DNA of 64,000 nucleotides from Phycisphaerae bacterium (GTDB taxonomy: Bacteria > Planctomycetota > Phycisphaerae > JAAYCJ01): contig JBAZZQ010000001.1 in assembly GCA_041658725.1 (NCBI GenBank), forward strand, positions 96,938 to 160,937, read 5' to 3'. Shown here piece after piece: positions 26,739 through 34,825 of this stretch (position 1 is its first letter; each line of letters opens with the position of its first letter). Under the pieces are notes generated by a model. The model made no database searches. It worked only from the letters and a program-made list of their open reading frames with translations, and was not told where the DNA came from. Position numbers and translations under genes: made by a program.

Positions 26739-28376
26739 TCATTGTAAATTCTCCAATTCAACTCCATGCCACCGCGATCCTCGACCATACCCACGCATCT
26801 GCACCTTGCCTTCGGCTTTCAGCCCCTGAAGCAAGTACTTCACCTGGGTCTCAGACAGGAAACTGAGCACTTGGTGCAGGTCATGCAGTGGCGCGCCTTC
26901 CGATCCGCTGTCATGGATGTGTTTGAGGAGTAACTGACGGTTTGTCTCGCGATCCAACCCCTTCTTGCGGGTGTAAACCCCCGCCTTGCCCACTGCCTGA
27001 TGATATCGACGCGACAGCAGGTAGCGAACACCTCGTCCACGGCCGAGACTTTCAATAATCCCCTCATCGACCAGCGATTGAAGTACCGGTCGTAACTCAC
27101 CCTGGACCGCCTGCTCCCGTCGCAACGTATCCAGGACCAGCAGTTCGTGGGTGGTGAATACCGCCGCACGTTCAGGCCCGATCTTTTCCAGAAATCGCAA
27201 AAACCCGGGATCCTGCAACTGTCCGTGGAGCGTCAGCGAAACCTGATAGGCATCTGTTTGCGCGAAGTCCGGCAGTGGCTTGCTCTGGCGAATCGTCTCT
27301 TCAAATATGCGGTTCAGCCCCTGCCCCGCCCGCTCAACCAAACCGCAACGGGCAAAGCTGTCTACCAGCCGGCGATTCCGTGGCGACTGCCTATCAATAA
27401 TGTTCTCCACCGAGATGCCCGGCGGAAAGCCACCGGGACTGACAATCTCCAACCGGCGCGGATACTGGCGGATGAACACTGACCCCTGGTTGCGGTAGTC
27501 GCGATGGCCGACGGCATTGAGAATAGCTTCACGGGTGGCCGCCTCGCTAAATGTCGGCACATCCAGCATGAACAGGCCATCCTGAAAATGCTGCAGGTCA
27601 TTGCGGAGATTGATCGTTTCCCAGAGCTTGTCGTACCACGCAAGAAAGCCCCAGCGAAACTCCACACGTTGGCTGGCCGGGCCCGAGGCCTGCGTCGAAC
27701 GGTACTCAAAGATCACCTCCGCATTGGCAAGGTATCGGCCTATTGCCGGGTGCGTTCCCAGCAGAATCAACGCCGCATACGTGATTCTATCTTTGTCCGT
27801 CAGTTCAGCATCGGCCAGAAGCTGTCGGATCGGCAGGTTGACCAGGACCTGATTGCCGGATTTCCGCAGCCACCGCTGGCGAAACTCTTCAATGGCGACC
27901 GGGTCCAGATCATCCAGAACCGCCCCCGGGCATAGCTCCGCCGAAAAATCCGGACCGGATTCATCGAAAATCCGTTTGATCTGATCGGGCGTCATCGCCA
28001 CCAGATCTTGCCCACCACGCATCCAGTAGGCGCCCTCAATAGCAATCGGCATCCCGATCGGGCGCGACGGCACCCGAAAGACCAATACCCGTCCGTGGGG
28101 ATGCCGCACTTCATCCACCTCCACCCGCAGCCGCAACCGCTCAATCAGCCCCGCCCGCGTACGTTCGAGCGGGTCAAAGGCCATGCTCCCGACAACGCGG
28201 CGCGGTGGCCGGTCGCTTACCCCCAGGATCATCAGGCCACCGCCCTCATTCGCAAGGGCGGCGCAGTACGTGACCAGCTTCTCAAAATGGAAGTTGTGCT
28301 TTGCCTCCTTGAATTCCAGATGCTCCCCCTCCGGAGCATTCATCCAGTTCTGAAGTTGTGCCAGTGATGTCGGCAT
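26739..28376 (-). CDS. AlbA_2 (Schlafen-like divergent AAA) / HATPase_c_4 / C-terminal wHTH protein ('RecG C-terminal-like' putative transcriptional regulator)
   Basis: 545 aa. N-terminal EGEHLEFKEAKHNF...GGGLMILGVSD (AlbA_2), central AILNAVGHRDY (HATPase_c_4), C-terminal winged helix. It is an intact paralogue of the frameshifted gene at 19766-21114. Confidence 0.7.
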   Translation of the reverse strand: MPTSLAQLQNWMNAPEGEHLEFKEAKHNFHFEKLVTYCAALANEGGGLMILGVSDRPPRRVVGSMAFDPLERTRAGLIERLRLRVEVDEVRHPHGRVLVFRVPSRPIGMPIAIEGAYWMRGGQDLVAMTPDQIKRIFDESGPDFSAELCPGAVLDDLDPVAIEEFRQRWLRKSGNQVLVNLPIRQLLADAELTDKDRITYAALILLGTHPAIGRYLANAEVIFEYRSTQASGPASQRVEFRWGFLAWYDKLWETINLRNDLQHFQDGLFMLDVPTFSEAATREAILNAVGHRDYRNQGSVFIRQYPRRLEIVSPGGFPPGISVENIIDRQSPRNRRLVDSFARCGLVERAGQGLNRIFEETIRQSKPLPDFAQTDAYQVSLTLHGQLQDPGFLRFLEKIGPERAAVFTTHELLVLDTLRREQAVQGELRPVLQSLVDEGIIESLGRGRGVRYLLSRRYHQAVGKAGVYTRKKGLDRETNRQLLLKHIHDSGSEGAPLHDLHQVLSFLSETQVKYLLQGLKAEGKVQMRGYGRGSRWHGVELENLQ

Positions 28377-28835
28377 GGATTACTTTATCTCCACTTTCTT
28401 CTTCCGATCCGCCTTCTCCGGCTGCGGCCAGGCCATGACTTCAGCCACGTTTTTGCCAAGAGCTTTGGCCTCTTCGGTCAGATAACTCTCAAAATAATTA
28501 CCTATACACGTACCGTACGTCGGATCATCGCTTGATACAGCATACTTTCAGATTATATTCGTATCTGCTGCAAATCAAGGAAATTTAGCCATTTCTGGTC
28601 AATTCGCACGAACTTACGAAAGTTTCCACAAAGGATATTTGCGAATTCGTAAATGCCAGTCTGACATCACATCAAAGGTTATCCGCAAACCCCATCATAA
28701 TATTGGATATTAATGATGGAGTGAATCAAGTTGCAGAATAGAGATCATGCTAACTCATGAAGAAAAGCTCTCAGACAGAAGGTCGGCAGTGGATGAAAAG
28801 AAAAAAGAATCAAAGTAATGATCTGAGGGTTAATT

Positions 28836-28883
28836 CACTGGTTAGTAAATTGAATTGGATGTCCGGATCAATCGGCAGAGGGT
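28836..28883. repeat. 48-bp direct repeat, copy 1 (intergenic), ~92% identical to the 3' end of the E1-like gene at 30259-30306
   Basis: aattcactggttagtaaattgaattggatgtccggatcaatcggcaga vs aattcactggtcagcaaattgaattgaatgtccgaatcaatcggcaga. 44 of 48 positions match. Confidence 0.7.
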
Positions 28884-28951
28884 TCCCTTGCAGAGAAGCC
28901 AGCTAAGAGGAAAACGCAGCCATCTGAGCGGCTGCGGGCAAAAGAAAATCC

Positions 28952-29173
28952 TCACATCTCCCACTTAATATTCGGACAATCGAACACAATCCGTAAAACC
29001 GCCTGCCGAACCTCCCGATCCGTCCGTAACAGTTTGATCAGCCGCTCAGCCAGGCTGTCGTCAAACAACGGTGTATTAACCGCCGACCCCTCAAGGTTTC
29101 GCGGCACATTCCCCAGATCGGCGACCAAGGCCTGAATACCGATGTCCGTTTGAATCGTCTTTTGTTCTTCCAT
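28952..29173 (-). CDS. Hypothetical 73-aa protein
   Basis: ORF only; no recognisable motif. Confidence 0.25.
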   Translation of the reverse strand: MEEQKTIQTDIGIQALVADLGNVPRNLEGSAVNTPLFDDSLAERLIKLLRTDREVRQAVLRIVFDCPNIKWEM

Positions 29174-29379
29174 TTTTTCCTCCAGCCATACTCACTTTTG
29201 GAGCCTGGCTCATGTTTTTGGCCAGGCTCAAGAATAAATCGGATACTGAAGCCGGTCTTCCCGATGTTCGATTCAAATTTGATACGTTCTTTACTGTGAC
29301 GTTCCAGCGTCCCCTCGAACCTCGGACGCCGAAAAAAGGCTTCAGCGTAAACTTCAGAGAAAACTTCAGTACAAACTTC

Positions 29380-29607
29380 ATGGTAAAAGGTCGGCAACTT
29401 GAGCGAATGCTGGCGGCGATTGAAATCGTGGCGGGCGGAAAGATCCTCAACGTTGCGGATTTGGCCCGCGTCTTTCAGGTCTCGCCGCGGACGGTATTCG
29501 AAGACTTGCGGCGGCTTCAGAAATGGGAAATTCTTGCGTTTGAAGGTCCCCCCAAAACCGGACGGTATGCACTGACTGAAACCGGCAGAAAAATGATTAC
29601 CCGGTGA
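29380..29607 (+). CDS. Small HTH (DeoR/HTH_11-like) DNA-binding protein
   Basis: ILNVADLARVFQVSPRTVFEDLRRLQ is a helix-turn-helix of the DeoR-N/HTH_11 type. The ORF track begins at 29212, but the conserved part begins at the Met at 29380. Confidence 0.45.
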   Translation: MVKGRQLERMLAAIEIVAGGKILNVADLARVFQVSPRTVFEDLRRLQKWEILAFEGPPKTGRYALTETGRKMITR

Positions 29608-29759
29608 TTGGTGGGGTCAGTTTACCGATGGTTCTACAGCTCACGTCCGTAAACTGAACATCATAGCTCTCGCTACGCCGGATGAAAATCGCGGCCAGAT
29701 GGCCGCGAAAAAAAGAAGGGAAAGAAGGCAGGAATCAGAGGAGGGGAATTTGAGGGACA

Positions 29760-30149
29760 TCACGATATTGGTTCAAGCAATGGTTTCACAGGCAGCACAA
29801 ACAGCTCGTTTGGCATCTCTCGCAGGTGCCGAATCGCCTGTCGATGCCAGAGGATTTCGTGTTTCAATTCCCCAATGGCTTCGGTGTGGCGATGTCGGTG
29901 ATACGGGGCGGCGGCTCGGGAAGCGGCGGGCGGCTTGGTGTAGGCTGGCGGGTGGGCAGGTCGGGTCTGGATGAATCCGTCGTACACCAGCCAGAACATC
30001 TGGAGGCATGCCGGGCAGAGCAGCGCATAAGCGTTTTGAGTGCCTTGTATGTCCGTCAGCACCAATTGCCGATAGCCGATGCCGGGATCGGTCTGTCCGC
30101 ACTTGGCACATTGGATACGGTAACGGGTGGATTTGGTTTTCTTGGTCAT
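29760..30149 (-). CDS. Zinc-ribbon protein (CAKCG...CPAC), last gene of the Ubl-system operon
   Basis: Two CxxC pairs spaced ~27 aa apart, then a Pro/Ala-rich segment and a C-terminal helix. Function unknown. Confidence 0.35.
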   Translation of the reverse strand: MTKKTKSTRYRIQCAKCGQTDPGIGYRQLVLTDIQGTQNAYALLCPACLQMFWLVYDGFIQTRPAHPPAYTKPPAASRAAAPYHRHRHTEAIGELKHEILWHRQAIRHLREMPNELFVLPVKPLLEPIS

Positions 30150-30239
30150 GGTTTTGTCCTTTATAAATACGGGTTCATGGATTCGATCACGAAAATACCC
30201 GCAACCGGGTGAGCGGCTGCGGATAATAACGCGAAATAA

Positions 30240-30911
30240 TTAATGGGATTCGGCAACCGTCAATTCACTGGTCAGCAAATTGAATTGAATGTCCGAATCA
30301 ATCGGCAGATTTCTCAACCACTTGGCAAACTGGGCGATCATCAGGCCGGCAGCGATATTCGCACAGTAGATGGTCGTCTTGGCCGTGCAGGCGCCTTGAT
30401 GGGCTTCCTCAGCGGCAAAAAGCGTGGTTGGGTAGTGCTTTCGGGAAACCGGGTCGCAGGCAGTCAGAACTCGAAGGACTTCGGCGGACATTCTTCCGTC
30501 GCACCAGAATTCTACCTGGTCCTTCACCGAGTCCCAAAGGAGTTTTCGGGTCTCGATTTTGTCAACACAGATAAAAATAACATTGCCGACCTTGGTGCTT
30601 CGTTTGAATCGCTCGGGAACCCGGACGATATCAACTTGGCCGTTGATTCGCCAGCAGTCCTGGGCGGTGGCATTGACTTTCAGGGCCGAAAGCGATTCCT
30701 CCAGGTAGCCTTGGCTGGCCAAGTTATGGATTTCGACCGTATCAAAATCCAAGAGTTGCAAACACGAGACTCCCATCGCCGCCAGTTGCAGGGCGACTTG
30801 CCTGCCAATGGCTCCGACGCCGATCACCGTCACTTTGCATCGGGCCAGTTTTTCCGGCGGGATTATGTCCTTTTGCCGGATAAAGCGTTCATTATCAGTT
30901 TGTGCATCCAT
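30240..30911 (-). CDS. E1-like ubiquitin-activating enzyme homologue (ThiF/MoeB/HesA family, short form)
   Basis: KVTVIGVGAIGRQVALQLAAMGV is a Rossmann nucleotide loop; FDTVEIHNL; CTAKTTIYCANIAAGLMIAQ. 223 aa, the size typical of phage-defence-associated or Ubl-operon E1s rather than MoeB. Confidence 0.7.
   Translation of the reverse strand: MDAQTDNERFIRQKDIIPPEKLARCKVTVIGVGAIGRQVALQLAAMGVSCLQLLDFDTVEIHNLASQGYLEESLSALKVNATAQDCWRINGQVDIVRVPERFKRSTKVGNVIFICVDKIETRKLLWDSVKDQVEFWCDGRMSAEVLRVLTACDPVSRKHYPTTLFAAEEAHQGACTAKTTIYCANIAAGLMIAQFAKWLRNLPIDSDIQFNLLTSELTVAESH
30259..30306. repeat. 48-bp direct repeat, copy 2 (inside the 3' end of the E1-like CDS)
   Basis: See copy 1 at 28836-28883. Confidence 0.7.
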
Positions 30912-30963
30912 AAAAAGTTCCTTTCCGTCGCGTTCCGCGACTTAAATGATATTACGGGTCTTC

Positions 30964-31284
30964 TCATTCCAGGCCGCCGAACTCTTCGGCTTTTTCCCAG
31001 AGGTATTCGGTGCATAACCAGCGGGTCCGAACCTGGCAAGCAGGATTAATCTTGCGGAAGGCTTCGGTGAACCGCTCATGGGCTTCCGCTTCGGTTTCAC
31101 CACCACACAGCGATCCCGACCCACCCCAATGGACATACGGCTCATTGTGCTTGTCGGTTTGAATCTCACAAAAGCCCTGGTCCCAGCCGGACTCGCTCAT
31201 CACCCGGCAGACCTGTTCCATACTCAAGTCCTTGACTTCCACTCTCACTTCATAGCAGCGACTCATAAAAAAAACTCCTTTCAA
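30964..31284 (-). CDS. Hypothetical small protein within the Ubl operon
   Basis: 106-aa ORF (probable start MSRCYEV) ending ...EEFGGLE. No recognised domain. Confidence 0.3.
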   Translation of the reverse strand: MKGVFFMSRCYEVRVEVKDLSMEQVCRVMSESGWDQGFCEIQTDKHNEPYVHWGGSGSLCGGETEAEAHERFTEAFRKINPACQVRTRWLCTEYLWEKAEEFGGLE

Positions 31285-31293
31285 AAGTTGCGG

Positions 31294-31998
31294 TTAGTAG
31301 TTCCACCACCAGGGGTTGTCGGGGTCTTCGAAGCCCCATGCTCTTTCGTCGAATTCCTCAATCTCTTCTTCCGGCCAGCCGGTTGCGAGTTCGGCCCGTT
31401 CTTCCGGGGTCATTGACTGCTCTTGAATTCCTCGCCATTCCTCGGGATGGATATTGGCTTTGTATTCCTCGATCCAGGCCGGTTGATCCGCGGCGAGGAA
31501 GGGTTTGTCATAATCCACTTCGACTGGGATCAGAACCTGTCCACCGGGACCGACGTTAAAACTGATCCGGGCGTAGGTTTTTCCTTCCTGAGCCACGATA
31601 AACATAATGCTCCATTGACACTTCCCGAAAACTCGCCGGAATGTCTCTTCATCGGTTCCGCTTGGATTTGGACAGTTGCCGGGGTGAGTATGGACCCAGA
31701 TTCTTGCGAATTGTTCGGGTTTTCGGCCCTGGTCCACCCGTGTTTCAAAGAAATCGGCAACGGCGTTATCATCGAACGATACGCTGACGCAGGTGACCTG
31801 CTGTTTCACCGTTTGAAAATCGTGGATGTAGAGCAAGTCATCCGGTGGGGTGATGCCGAAGCCGCCGATCTCGGTTTCACCGGCATCGCGAAAGAAGAGC
31901 AGTTTAGCCCAGGCGGTTGGGCTGAAGCGAAGGGACAGCGTTTTTCCGGTAAACGTTTCTTCTTCATCAAACCGCGGTCGCAGTATCCGCACTTTCAC
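31294..31998 (-). CDS. JAB/JAMM-family metallopeptidase (deubiquitinase-like)
   Basis: E(TEIGGFG)...[17 protein letters not shown] gives the E-x(n)-H-x-H-x7-S-x2-D JAMM zinc motif. The ORF track extends to 32133 and overlaps the upstream gene by 167 nt. A GTG start at 31998 or 31992 is more plausible, so the start is uncertain. Confidence 0.65.
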   Translation of the reverse strand: MKVRILRPRFDEEETFTGKTLSLRFSPTAWAKLLFFRDAGETEIGGFGITPPDDLLYIHDFQTVKQQVTCVSVSFDDNAVADFFETRVDQGRKPEQFARIWVHTHPGNCPNPSGTDEETFRRVFGKCQWSIMFIVAQEGKTYARISFNVGPGGQVLIPVEVDYDKPFLAADQPAWIEEYKANIHPEEWRGIQEQSMTPEERAELATGWPEEEIEEFDERAWGFEDPDNPWWWNY

Positions 31999-33088
31999 AT
32001 TCGTCTTGGCATTCGGTTCCGGTGTCTTCTCCGGTTTCGGATCTGGAGACACTTCCGACTTTGGTTCCTTCGGTTCGGGTTTCGGACTCACGTTCGTTGT
32101 TTCCACTGGATTCAACATTTTCATTTTCCTCACTTTCGGTTTTACAATTGGGACAAATTAATTCATTATCATCCATACACGAAGTACAACATTTCTGACC
32201 ACACTCTTTGCAGGTCTTGAGACAATCCTTACAGACTCTTTCTTCGCATTCGGGGCAACGATCCAGACAACTCAGACATACGGTGGTGTCGCACGAATGG
32301 CAGTAGCTGGAACATTCCTCGCAGAATTCCCGCGAACAAAACTGGCAAAAATAGACATAGTCTTCTGACATCTCACTTCCACACTCATAACACGACCGGC
32401 CATTCCAATCCTCGATCGTTACATACGCAGAGGCAGCGTTATACGTGTTCAGAATGTTTGAGACCAGAGTGAAAAAGTCATAGATGCGGCCTTCGTGTAA
32501 TGCCATGTTGATGGCCGCTGATCCATCGCCTTCGCACAATCGATCACTGCTGACGTGCGGGTGAGTGACCTCATCGTTCGAACTCGCTGTGTGCGGGTCG
32601 CAGGCAAAAACGTAGTAGCTTGCCTGGTCATAGTGCCGCCAGAGATTTTTCACTTCCAGTTGAATCTGAAAGGATCCCAGGTACAGGTCATCGAGTTCGA
32701 TCGGCTGGGTATCCACAGACAGATGGTTTTCCTCAAAGTCGTAGGAAAATTCCTCGAATTCATCCTGGACCTGTAAAAGTTCTTCGTAGATGGTTCGCAC
32801 GGCAGGTAAAGTGAATTTAGGGGCCTGGGAAAGCTGCTGAAGATCGCCGACGGCATGAGACACGAAGTACAAATCGCGGTTCATCCGATCGCGGCAACGT
32901 TCCGCCGCGGCTGACCATGTGCGATTAATCGATTGTGCCAATTGCTTACTCGTTTGAGTAATGTCGGACAGTTGGCTGGAGACGTTGCTCATCCGCTGCA
33001 ATAGTTCTTTGTAGCGATGCTGATGGAGTTTTACCAATTCATCGAGTATGCGATCTGCGATTCGAAACAGTTCTTTAGGGGTGTACAT
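31967..33088 (-). CDS. E2-like (UBC-fold) protein fused to a C-terminal Cys-rich multi-CxxC zinc-finger array
   Basis: [15 protein letters not shown] resembles the UBC HPN-x(6-8)-C active-site region. The C-terminal 100 aa carry about ten CxxC pairs (CYECG, CQFCS, CEEC, CHSCD, CLSC, CPEC, CKDC, CKEC, CTSC, CPNC), then an acidic tail. Confidence 0.5.
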   Translation of the reverse strand: MYTPKELFRIADRILDELVKLHQHRYKELLQRMSNVSSQLSDITQTSKQLAQSINRTWSAAAERCRDRMNRDLYFVSHAVGDLQQLSQAPKFTLPAVRTIYEELLQVQDEFEEFSYDFEENHLSVDTQPIELDDLYLGSFQIQLEVKNLWRHYDQASYYVFACDPHTASSNDEVTHPHVSSDRLCEGDGSAAINMALHEGRIYDFFTLVSNILNTYNAASAYVTIEDWNGRSCYECGSEMSEDYVYFCQFCSREFCEECSSYCHSCDTTVCLSCLDRCPECEERVCKDCLKTCKECGQKCCTSCMDDNELICPNCKTESEENENVESSGNNERESETRTEGTKVGSVSRSETGEDTGTECQDECESADTATAV

Positions 33089-33176
33089 AAAATTACCTCA
33101 TACAAAAATAATGTGGGGCATCCGCCCGTCTTTACGCAAAACAGACGAATGCCCCGATTGGTCATTTGGACACGTT

Positions 33177-33407
33177 TTACGAAGAGATTCGCGCGCCCTC
33201 AATTTTCGTTGGAGTGCAGGTAACGCGGTCGCCATCCTGCAACACGTAGTTTTGGGGCACGGGTTGACGGTTCACGCGAATAAGATACTCCGTGGGTTCA
33301 CGATCCTGCATCTGAGTTTTGAAAAACTGATGCATCGTGGTTCCTTCGTTGATGGTGACATAATTCGCGTAGCCGCCTCCGTCATTATTGATCCATAATA
33401 TTCTCAT
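33177..33407 (-). CDS. Ubiquitin-like beta-grasp protein (ThiS/MoaD-like Ubl) with a short C-terminal extension after the conserved Gly
   Basis: 76 aa. ...YVLQDGDRVTCTPTKIEGARISS matches the ThiS/MoaD pattern L-DGD-V-h-P-h-GG, but continues 5 residues past the Gly. Confidence 0.55.
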   Translation of the reverse strand: MRILWINNDGGGYANYVTINEGTTMHQFFKTQMQDREPTEYLIRVNRQPVPQNYVLQDGDRVTCTPTKIEGARISS

Positions 33408-33600
33408 GATTTGATCCTTTCGAATAAAAGATATTTTTAAAAATACGAATACAAACTCGGAAAATCAAAGTTGATTTTGTCATAGCAATCCGCCTTACAC
33501 AGGCGGACCGCGCGCAAAGAGATTCTGTAGTTTTCTCATAAATTTCCTTTCAGGGTAAAAATGGTTTATTGAGGTTTGAAATTACGGTAGGTTTTGATGG

Positions 33601-34086
33601 TCAGGCGAGATGGTTTTCGTTGGGTTTAAATCGTTGCTGGATTTCTAGCAGGACTTTTTTAGGCAGGTGCATGGTTTCGACCCGGTCGTTGGTGTGTTTA
33701 ACATACGCTGTCCACCAAACCTCCAGATTTGAAATCTGAATCGTCTGGCATTCGACCCTTGTGAAAACGGTCTCGACAAATTCCGGATCGGCTGTTAGGA
33801 GTATCGGTTCACCGCCGGGAACGTCACAAGGGTGGTTCCCCCGGATGTCCTGGACCGTTTCCATCTTGTCGTTGTAGCATAGATATCGGGCATGGCAATC
33901 CCATTGTTCGATGTTGTAGATGCTATCGTCTTTCTTGTACATTCGGGCTACGATGTCCATGTACCGGAGGATGTCCCTCACATATTCCAGTGTCATTGGG
34001 ATCAGGCAGTAATCAACGTTGCTTTCCAGATACTCATTGGTGCAGGAAGTATCCAACATGATGTGAGTGATTGGTGGCTTATTCAT
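33601..34086 (-). CDS. Hypothetical 161-aa protein (Ubl operon)
   Basis: No recognisable domain. Its start overlaps the upstream gene's stop (ATGA). Confidence 0.3.
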   Translation of the reverse strand: MNKPPITHIMLDTSCTNEYLESNVDYCLIPMTLEYVRDILRYMDIVARMYKKDDSIYNIEQWDCHARYLCYNDKMETVQDIRGNHPCDVPGGEPILLTADPEFVETVFTRVECQTIQISNLEVWWTAYVKHTNDRVETMHLPKKVLLEIQQRFKPNENHLA

Positions 34087-34742
34087 CGGCCACCTCCCGG
34101 ATCACGGCGGATCATTTCGTTGCTTTTTCCCTTGGCCCAATCCTTCAATTGATAATTCAATGCTTCCAGGGAATCAGCAATCGTGTCGCCCACGCCGAAA
34201 CAATTCGGAAACGCCTTCGAAAAATCCAGCGGTCCTTCATACGCCCAGGCCTCAAATGGTCCATGGGTGCTGGGATCGTGATGGTTTTTGACCAGCAGGA
34301 TAAACCGATCTTTTACCAAAAACCGATCCGACCGGGTCTGTGTCATCCGACTATGGATTGGTTGTGTGTTTGAAATACCCTTTTGACAGTTTACTTCCAC
34401 GCTGAGTCGTTCATCGTGTTCATCGAGCCATTTTGCAACGGCATCCTGGGAACAGGAACCTCGGTAGCCTTCGTTGTTCCGCAGATAACCGGCCACCGTC
34501 TTCCAGGCCGATGTTTCGTCTAAAAGTACCCGGACATAGGCCACAATCCCGCGATCCGCAATCGCCACGATCCAAAATTCCATTTCCTGAATTCGCATTC
34601 CACCGTGCTGGCAGCCGATGGTATAGGCTTCATGACACGGGATACAAAATGTTCGCTTCTGGTCCGAAGGTTTGCGTACCGACACCGGTACTTCCTTGGC
34701 ACCCGGACTCTCACAGTATTGAATTTCGCAAAATTCATTCAT
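34083..34742 (-). CDS. Zinc-ribbon protein with C-terminal HicB-like (UPF0150) domain
   Basis: N-terminal CEIQYC...CIPCHEAYTIGC. The C-terminal AWAYEGPLDFSKAFPNCFGVGDTIADSLEALNYQLKDW resembles the HicB/UPF0150 core (PGC...G-T-EEAL). Confidence 0.35.
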   Translation of the reverse strand: MNEFCEIQYCESPGAKEVPVSVRKPSDQKRTFCIPCHEAYTIGCQHGGMRIQEMEFWIVAIADRGIVAYVRVLLDETSAWKTVAGYLRNNEGYRGSCSQDAVAKWLDEHDERLSVEVNCQKGISNTQPIHSRMTQTRSDRFLVKDRFILLVKNHHDPSTHGPFEAWAYEGPLDFSKAFPNCFGVGDTIADSLEALNYQLKDWAKGKSNEMIRRDPGGGR

Positions 34743-34825
34743 GGTTCATCACCATCCTTTCTTCTTTTAAAAAGTTGATCTTCTGTAAAAGAACATGTGC
34801 GAATTGCCCGTCTGTCTTGGCTTTG

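Noticed and set aside
28390-28540. Short minus-strand ORF fragment (…NYFESYLTEEAKALGKNVAEVMAWPQPEKADRKKKVEIK) downstream of the AlbA_2 gene
   Set aside because: Bounded by an upstream in-frame stop, and its only Met gives an 18-aa product. Probably a gene remnant, and I could not assign it.
30243-31049. 268-aa ORF antisense to the E1-like gene, and 31423-32220 antisense to the JAB gene
   Set aside because: The opposite-strand genes carry clear catalytic motifs (Rossmann loop; JAMM). The antisense ORFs have no motifs.
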